Shown here piece by piece: positions 52,296 to 58,477 of a stretch of DNA of 63,223 bases (position 1 is its first letter; every line of letters starts with the position of its first letter). The stretch lies in sequence record SRR22947727_633; one strand, written 5' to 3'. A program made the position numbers and the translations under genes. The notes below the pieces were generated by a model that was given only the letters and a program-made list of their open reading frames with translations, did not search any database and had not been told where the DNA came from.

Positions 52296-54632
52296 ATGAA
52301 AACAAACATTTTATGTGTACTACTGCTAGCGACATCTATTGCATTTGCACAAAATAACATAACGGGAAAAGTAACTGACACCTTTGGTGAACCATTACCA
52401 GGTGCGAATGTTTTAGAACAAGGCACAACTAACGGAGCTATTGCCGATTACAATGGAAATTATACAATTACGGTTACTTCAGAAACTGCCGTTTTAGAAT
52501 TCTCATACTTAGGTTTTGAAAAACAAGAGGTTACAGCTAGTAGCAGCATCATTGATATTCAGTTAACGGAATCTTCTGAAGCATTAGATGGGTTAACCGT
52601 ACAGGGTTTTGCAGGTGTTATTGGTAAATCGCGTAAGCGAACTGCTTCCATTCAAACCACACCAGAATCTGTTACAGCATTGAATGCAGAGGGCATCGAA
52701 AGTGCTGGGGTAACTGATATTAACTCGTTTTCAACTTTGGTACCTAATTTAAAATTCAATTCCGCACAAGCAGTTGGTCTTAACTTTATAACCGTCAGGG
52801 GTATACCTCAGGTTAGGGGTGGAGATGCACCTTTAGCGTTTGTTATTGATGGTGTTACCATTCCTGACCCAAGTTTATTAAGTCAAGGCTTATTTGATTT
52901 AGCCTTAGTGGAAGTGGTTAAAGGACCACAAGGTGCCTTATACGGTAAAAATGCTATTGGTGGTGCCATCAACATTTATACGAAAGAGCCCACAAATAAA
53001 ATGACTAATCGTATTATGCTTGGTGCAGGTAATGGTGGTAATTTACAAGCACAATTTGTGTCTTCTGGTGCCATTTCAAAAGACAAAGTTTTCTATCGTT
53101 TCTCTACGCAATACAAAAATTTTGATGGGTTGTTAACCAATGAATTCCTAGACCAAAAAGTTGATTTCTCTAAAGAGTTTAGTGTTAGAGGCCAAATTAA
53201 AGCCAGGGTATCTGATAATTTCACGGTAGCAGCAACCATTCAGCATTTTAATATAGATGGTGGCGCAACCTATTACTCGGTTAATCCGACGGGTACTGAT
53301 GGCGAATTTACAGGAGGTATTTTAGACCCGAATCCGAAGGATGGAAATAATGTAATTTTTGCGAATGTCTTGGGAAGATCCGACATGAAAAACAATTACG
53401 GAAACTTTAAGATGGATTACAATCTAAAGGGTGCAACCCTTCAAAGTATTACCTCCTTCAATAAAGTCGGCCGATCAACAAATGGTGATTTAGATTTTTT
53501 AGAGCTTGATGGCTTAACGCAAGCAGAAGAAATTAGTACAAATACCTTTAATCAAGAAATACGAATCAATAATACGAATACAGATACAAAATTCGATTGG
53601 AGTGCAGGTGGTTTTTATCAGAATATCAAAAGAGATGTATTGCAAAACGGAACAACTGGAGTTGACTTTGGTGGACCATTTGATTTTGATACTTCAGATT
53701 TTGTAAATGAAACAAAAACCATAGCCCTGTTTGGTTTTGGAGACTATAAAATAACAGATAAGTTTACGGTTTCTGCAGGTTTTAGATATGACATCGACAA
53801 CTTTACACAAGACGATGCATTATTTGTTACGAATTCAGAAAGAGATAATAGCGAGTTTCAACCCAAAGTTTCATTGTCGTATCAAGTATCAAAAGATGTA
53901 TTGTTTTACGCCAACTATGGTAGAGGCTATAGAAACGGAGGCTTTAATGCAGATGCTACTGATTTGTTTAATAGAACTTTTGATGATGAAACATCAGACA
54001 ATTATGAGCTAGGTTTTAAAACAACATCTTGGAACGATCGTTTCATTTTTAATGGTTCAATCTTTAGTTCTAACTTAACCAATCAGCAACAATACATTTT
54101 AGACTTAAACACTTTTATTGCAGGTATTTATAATTATGATGAAACCAAAGTGTTTGGTTTTGAATTAGAGTCTCGTGCTAGGTTAACTAACTATTTAGAC
54201 GTTTTTGCAAATTTCGGATTATCTGACGCAGAAATAATTAATGGAGGGGCTAGTGGTATTACTGATTATTCTATTTATGACGGACAAAAGGTGCCTTTTG
54301 TTCCTGTGAGTAGTTTTGCCGTTGGTTTAGAATCATCATTTAACATTAATGACAATCTAAAGTTTAATGGGTTTTTAAATCTTGATACTACAGGAAAAAC
54401 ATATTGGCATGAAACCAATACAGATGCAAATACAACAGCAGCATATTCGTTACTTGACGCACGCATTGGTTTATCTTATAAAAACTGGAAGCTTGATATT
54501 TGGGGTAAAAACCTTACCGACACGCAATACTACAGAGAATTTTCGCCAGGAGAATTTGTGGGCAGTCCTGATGACGTAGCTTGGAGAGGTCAACCCGTAT
54601 CTGTTGGCACAGCACTAACTGTAAAATTCTAA
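52296..54632 (+). CDS. TonB-dependent receptor (non-SusC type)
   Basis: Signal peptide, N-terminal GEPLPGANV..GT domain, plug motif VEVVKGPQGALYGKNAIGGAINI, NLTD..Y, C-terminal Phe. Confidence 0.93.
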   Translation: MKTNILCVLLLATSIAFAQNNITGKVTDTFGEPLPGANVLEQGTTNGAIADYNGNYTITVTSETAVLEFSYLGFEKQEVTASSSIIDIQLTESSEALDGLTVQGFAGVIGKSRKRTASIQTTPESVTALNAEGIESAGVTDINSFSTLVPNLKFNSAQAVGLNFITVRGIPQVRGGDAPLAFVIDGVTIPDPSLLSQGLFDLALVEVVKGPQGALYGKNAIGGAINIYTKEPTNKMTNRIMLGAGNGGNLQAQFVSSGAISKDKVFYRFSTQYKNFDGLLTNEFLDQKVDFSKEFSVRGQIKARVSDNFTVAATIQHFNIDGGATYYSVNPTGTDGEFTGGILDPNPKDGNNVIFANVLGRSDMKNNYGNFKMDYNLKGATLQSITSFNKVGRSTNGDLDFLELDGLTQAEEISTNTFNQEIRINNTNTDTKFDWSAGGFYQNIKRDVLQNGTTGVDFGGPFDFDTSDFVNETKTIALFGFGDYKITDKFTVSAGFRYDIDNFTQDDALFVTNSERDNSEFQPKVSLSYQVSKDVLFYANYGRGYRNGGFNADATDLFNRTFDDETSDNYELGFKTTSWNDRFIFNGSIFSSNLTNQQQYILDLNTFIAGIYNYDETKVFGFELESRARLTNYLDVFANFGLSDAEIINGGASGITDYSIYDGQKVPFVPVSSFAVGLESSFNINDNLKFNGFLNLDTTGKTYWHETNTDANTTAAYSLLDARIGLSYKNWKLDIWGKNLTDTQYYREFSPGEFVGSPDDVAWRGQPVSVGTALTVKF

Positions 54633-54667
54633 ACACTTTCATTAACTATAGTTTAATTAGTTTAAAT

Positions 54668-54696
54668 GGGAGGGAAATTAAACCTTCCCTCTTTTT
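54668..54696 (+). terminator. Hairpin with short T-run between receptor and enzyme genes (partial terminator or stabiliser)
   Basis: GGGAGGGAA-ATTAAACC-TTCCCTCTT-TTT. Confidence 0.5.
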
Positions 54697-54707
54697 ATGT
54701 ATTCCAA

Positions 54708-55748
54708 ATGCCAACAGACAAACAATTAATTACAACGCGCTTTTCTAAAATATTAATTGAAACCATGTTTCAAGTAAAACCTGGTGAAACGGTAGCCATT
54801 ACTGCAGATTCTGAATCTAATCGAAACGTTATAGATGCTATAGCCGCAGCAACCACAGTTGCTGGAGGAATACCTTTAGTTATGCGAATACCAAAAGCTG
54901 CCCAAAGCGGGCAGGCTGGCATGAAAGAATGGCCAGCAGAAGCATTAACTGCAGCACTTTGTAAGGTAGATGTATGGATTGACGCACAATCAACAGTATT
55001 ACTATATTCTGATATTTGGGAAACCGCTTTTAAAGAAAATAATAAATTAAGATATCTAATCATAGCAGATTCTAGTATCGAATCTTTAGATAGAATGTTT
55101 ACCGGTTTTGATATCCAATTACTTAAATCTCTTTTAAGTAAAGTTAGAGATATGGCAATGGCTTGTAAAAAAGTTCATATTACGAGTACTAATGGTACCG
55201 ATGTGTCTTATGATATAGACCTTAATTATGCATTTGATATTGATGATGGCGATTATTCTATGCCAAAATTCGGAACGGCTCCAGGGTTTATAAATATAGT
55301 TCCTAAATTAGGCAGTATGAATGGGACTATCGCTTTTGATATATTGGAAGGAGCTCCAAGAGATGGCCAAATACAATTCACCATGAAAAATGGTTCAATT
55401 ATAGATGTAAATGGAGAAAATGGAGTAGAAGATTTTAAATCATATTTGGCATCATTTGATGATGAAAATATGTATAAAATATCTCATAATATGTTTGGCT
55501 TAAATCCAGGAATAAAAGCCATAACAGGCGAACTTTGTGAAGACGAACGTATTTGGGGTGGAGTAGACTTTGGGTTTGGTCACACTAGTGCAATGGATAT
55601 GCCACCTTATGGTCAAGAAGCAAAATCGCATTTTGATGGTGTGGTTACTAACGTTTCTATATATTTAGACTACATTCAAATTTTTGACAATGGTGTCGTA
55701 TGCCATCCTGATTTAATACCCTTGGTCAATAACTTATTAACTAATTAA
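54708..55748 (+). CDS. M29/aminopeptidase-T-fold metalloenzyme, NicX-like
   Basis: VKPGETVAITAD, ITSTNGTD, NGTIAFD, ISHNMFGLNP, EDERIWG, SHFDG; start likely MPTDKQ at 54708. Confidence 0.72.
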   Translation: MPTDKQLITTRFSKILIETMFQVKPGETVAITADSESNRNVIDAIAAATTVAGGIPLVMRIPKAAQSGQAGMKEWPAEALTAALCKVDVWIDAQSTVLLYSDIWETAFKENNKLRYLIIADSSIESLDRMFTGFDIQLLKSLLSKVRDMAMACKKVHITSTNGTDVSYDIDLNYAFDIDDGDYSMPKFGTAPGFINIVPKLGSMNGTIAFDILEGAPRDGQIQFTMKNGSIIDVNGENGVEDFKSYLASFDDENMYKISHNMFGLNPGIKAITGELCEDERIWGGVDFGFGHTSAMDMPPYGQEAKSHFDGVVTNVSIYLDYIQIFDNGVVCHPDLIPLVNNLLTN

Positions 55749-55749
55749 A

Positions 55750-57015
55750 ATGGCAGAAGACCAAAATCAATACACGACCACAAAAGTGCAACCAAATGAC
55801 TTTGTGTCTGGTTGGGTTGTTGGTTTCATTATTGCGAGTACAGGATTATCAGTTTCTACATTATTTTTAGGTTCAGAAATTGCACTCAATCTAGGTCTTA
55901 AGCAAGCGCTTATAGCATTTGGTATTTCCACATTTGTTTTGACTTTAATGTGTATGGCAACCACATTAATTGGTAATCGATCTCGGTTATCAACGTACAT
56001 GATTCTACATTTTAGTTTTGGAGAATATGGAGCTAAAATTGTCAATTTTATTTTCGGTGTTACATTAATTGGTTGGTTTGCTGTAGCCATAGAGTTATTA
56101 GCAATTGCCATATATGATACTTCAATAAGTACTTTCAATATCATTGTATCAAAGGAGCTTATCATCATTGTAACAAGTCTGTTTATAACCGTTACAACAG
56201 TTTACGGCTTACGCAGTATTGAAAAGCTTGCCAATATCTCTATTCCAATTTTAACGGCGTTTTTAGGGTATGTCTTTTATCTATGTGTAGCAGATTTAGA
56301 GAGTCTATCGCAACTTTTCGACTATGTTCCAAAAGAAAATTCAATGACACTTTTTGAAGCAACGTCTATTTTAATAGGTGCTGCAGTTTTATTTCCTGTA
56401 TTAATGGCAGATTTTTCTAGATTTATAAAAACAGATAAACAAAGTTTATTTTCAGTATTGGGTTTAACTATAGGTACACCTTTAGCCTATATTCTAAGTG
56501 CTGTACCAGCTATTCAAACGGGTGAAGTTGATATTATTAAAATAATGCAGCAGTACAATTTGGTAATTCCTGCGTTTATATTATTGTTTATAGCGACTTG
56601 GAGTACCAATGCCACCAATCTATATTCCGCCAGCTTAACATTTTCAACAATTAACAAAAACTGGACTTTTAAAAAGGTTGCTATAGTTGCGAGTATATTT
56701 GGTACAATATTAGCCTTGTTAGGTTTTGCTACCTATCTATTTGATTTTCTAGAATTCCTTGGAATATTAGCACCATCAATTTCTTCAATATATTTCATTC
56801 ATTTCTTTTGGATTAAAAAACAGAAATATAATCTAGAAGATATAAACAAATGGGAATCTTCAGCTTTAATTAGTTGGGTGTTGAGTTCCGTAATTTGCCT
56901 ATTTACATATTTAGAAGTTTTTCAATTAACTAGAGCCTATTTTATAGATTCGTTTTTGTTGGGAGGGCTTATTTATTTGATACTAGAAAGAAAAAATATC
57001 TTGAATAAAAATTAG
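55750..57015 (+). CDS. NCS1-family (cytosine/purine permease-like) transporter
   Basis: About 12 TM segments, FG..GAK, IGWFAV, ADFSRF, TNATNLYSA. Confidence 0.88.
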   Translation: MAEDQNQYTTTKVQPNDFVSGWVVGFIIASTGLSVSTLFLGSEIALNLGLKQALIAFGISTFVLTLMCMATTLIGNRSRLSTYMILHFSFGEYGAKIVNFIFGVTLIGWFAVAIELLAIAIYDTSISTFNIIVSKELIIIVTSLFITVTTVYGLRSIEKLANISIPILTAFLGYVFYLCVADLESLSQLFDYVPKENSMTLFEATSILIGAAVLFPVLMADFSRFIKTDKQSLFSVLGLTIGTPLAYILSAVPAIQTGEVDIIKIMQQYNLVIPAFILLFIATWSTNATNLYSASLTFSTINKNWTFKKVAIVASIFGTILALLGFATYLFDFLEFLGILAPSISSIYFIHFFWIKKQKYNLEDINKWESSALISWVLSSVICLFTYLEVFQLTRAYFIDSFLLGGLIYLILERKNILNKN

Positions 57016-57031
57016 GTTTAAGCTAGATTTT

Positions 57032-57250
57032 GGCCTAAGAGAATTTTAGCTAAACAATAGGAGAGGGGAGCGGCCATATTCTAGAGGGCTGGTAATTAAG
57101 TTTATTAACCACCTTAATATTTGAAAGAGTTCGAGGCAGTCTTAAGAGTTAGAATGCTTTCTAGAATATAGCGACCGAGCCGTACATTGTTTCTAAAATT
57201 ATCTGTAAGCCTTGATTTTTTTGTTTCTTTTTTTATCAAGAAAAAAAGAT
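57032..57250 (-). ncRNA. Structured RNA-like element: 5' H-type pseudoknot plus long hairpin (resembles the Flavo-1 motif, unverified)
   Basis: Minus strand UCUUUUUUU-CUUGAU-AAAAAAAGA-(9 nt)-AUCAAG, then nested stems GGCUUA/UAGGCC, AAUUUUAG/CUAAAAUU, AAACAAUG/UAUUGUUU, GCUAUAUUCUAGA/UCUAGAAUAUGGC. Confidence 0.55.
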
Positions 57251-57286
57251 AAATAAAAACCTTACTGGTTACAATGTTGAAATCCT

Positions 57287-57297
57287 ATTTTACATAA
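57287..57297 (-). repeat. Isolated XerD-arm half-site (inverted)
   Basis: ATTTTACATAA, the exact reverse complement of the dif right arm; no recognisable partner arm. Confidence 0.55.
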
Positions 57298-57484
57298 TGT
57301 TAGGGACACATTAAAAAAAAACTTCAAACAAGACGAGAGGTTAGCAAGGGCTAAGAAATTATCTCGCAGAGTAATTTTTAGCTGTTGCGGCACGCTGACG
57401 AGAATGCTGTAGAAAAAAATCTTGCACACATTTTCTCGAATACACGAATTTTAAATGAATCTAAAAGGCTAGCTTTTAAATGGC

Positions 57485-57571
57485 GTTGGCAAGCGATGGC
57501 AAATTGTGTTTAAATTTAAAATGCGTTTTTCAGCATTTTATAATTTAAAAAGCAATCGAGCGCTTGGTAGC
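57485..57571. repeat. Long imperfect inverted repeat abutting an inverted dif-like site
   Basis: CAAGCG/CGCTTG, ATTG/CAAT, TTTAAATT/AATTTAAA and TAAAATGC/GCATTTTA nested around a GTTTTTCA loop. Confidence 0.7.
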
Positions 57572-57575
57572 GGCT

Positions 57576-57604
57576 ATTTTACATAACGGCTAATTATAGA
57601 TACA
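57576..57604 (-). other. Inverted dif-like site with 7-bp spacer
   Basis: Minus strand TGTATCTATAA-TTAGCCG-TTATGTAAAAT. Confidence 0.72.
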
Positions 57605-57693
57605 AATGTTTTATAAACTCTGCGAAGCAAACCGCTTAATAGTTTAATGACCCAAGTTCCAATTATTCTTATGAAATACAATGCTTCTGGGAT

Positions 57694-57722
57694 ATTTTAC
57701 ATAATACTACATTATAGCTATC
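57694..57722 (-). other. Inverted dif-like site with 7-bp spacer
   Basis: Minus strand GATAGCTATAA-TGTAGTA-TTATGTAAAAT. Confidence 0.72.
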
Positions 57723-57758
57723 AAATGGACTTCTCTCATAAAATACCAATGATAACAT

Positions 57759-57786
57759 TTGTACTATAATTTATATTATGTAAAAT
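57759..57786 (+). other. dif: Probable chromosomal dif site (XerC/XerD recombination site)
   Basis: TTGTACTATAA-TTTATA-TTATGTAAAAT: 11-6-11 geometry; right arm matches the E. coli XerD arm TTATGTTAAAT at 10/11 and the spacer matches TGTATA at 5/6; intergenic. Confidence 0.8.
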
Positions 57787-57831
57787 AGAAGCAGTCAATA
57801 ATAATTAATTTACGAACCCTTACACCTATGA

Positions 57832-58293
57832 CTAAACTAAAATCATAATAAAAGTCAATACAATTCCTGCAACAGTATAATAAATGGCTTTTTTAAAAAC
57901 ATCTGTCTGTGGGAGAAACATCCAATAGGCAGAAAAAACAAAGAAAAGTAAAGAGATACCAAAAAAAACATTTAGAAAATATAAAGGTGTAGATGATGTG
58001 GCTTTATGCATTTTTTCAAGCGCTCCTAATATTTTTGGTGGTTGCATTTGTGTATAAGACAAACCACCTGTTTCACTATTATATTCAACGTTAGAGGCAC
58101 CTTTTATATTAGGTAGATTCTCTAAACCTTTTTCTATGGTTTTTTCTACTACTATAGGTTTCTTGAAATAATCTTTATCTCTAAAAGTTAATGTGATTCC
58201 TGAAAGCGCATAAACAAACATAATACCAGCCAGAAAAAAACCTAAATAGCGGTGAATGACCCTGACTTTGTTACTTAAATTCCTGTTATTCAT
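57832..58293 (-). CDS. PepSY-associated TM domain membrane protein
   Basis: R.IHRYLG.F, SGITL, L..MHK, three hydrophobic segments. Confidence 0.75.
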   Translation of the reverse strand: MNNRNLSNKVRVIHRYLGFFLAGIMFVYALSGITLTFRDKDYFKKPIVVEKTIEKGLENLPNIKGASNVEYNSETGGLSYTQMQPPKILGALEKMHKATSSTPLYFLNVFFGISLLFFVFSAYWMFLPQTDVFKKAIYYTVAGIVLTFIMILV

Positions 58294-58477
58294 TTATTCT
58301 TAAAATTTGTATTTATTATGGTATAAAATTAATCATGAACCCTCTTAAAACCAAAAATTACTTTAAAGTATTCAATGGTCTATTCATCATTTACAAGATT
58401 GATGTTAACTATCGTAAGACCCTTAATTAGTGGGAAAGTTTAATAAGCCTACTTAGATCTTTTTAAAAAAAACAAAT

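Larger units (their letters stand above)
50784..57786. mobile_element. Putative Xer-integrated island of about 7 kb at dif, with no integrase of its own
   Basis: Bounded by directly repeated dif-like sites; accessory cargo; long structured non-coding flanks in an otherwise compact genome. Confidence 0.6.

Noticed and set aside
54666-54707. N-terminal extension MGGKLNLPSFYVFQ of the metalloenzyme ORF
   Set aside because: It coincides with a terminator-like hairpin; the ATG at 54708 is the more plausible start.
50953-57015. Island considered as a prophage, defence system or polysaccharide utilisation locus
   Set aside because: No recognisable phage structural, rep, nuclease, SusD or CAZyme motifs in the four genes.
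57287-57786. Repeated ATTTTACATAA considered as a CRISPR array or an integron attC array
   Set aside because: Repeats are too short and irregularly spaced, with no cas or intI gene and no attC R-box pattern; Xer-arm identity explains them better.
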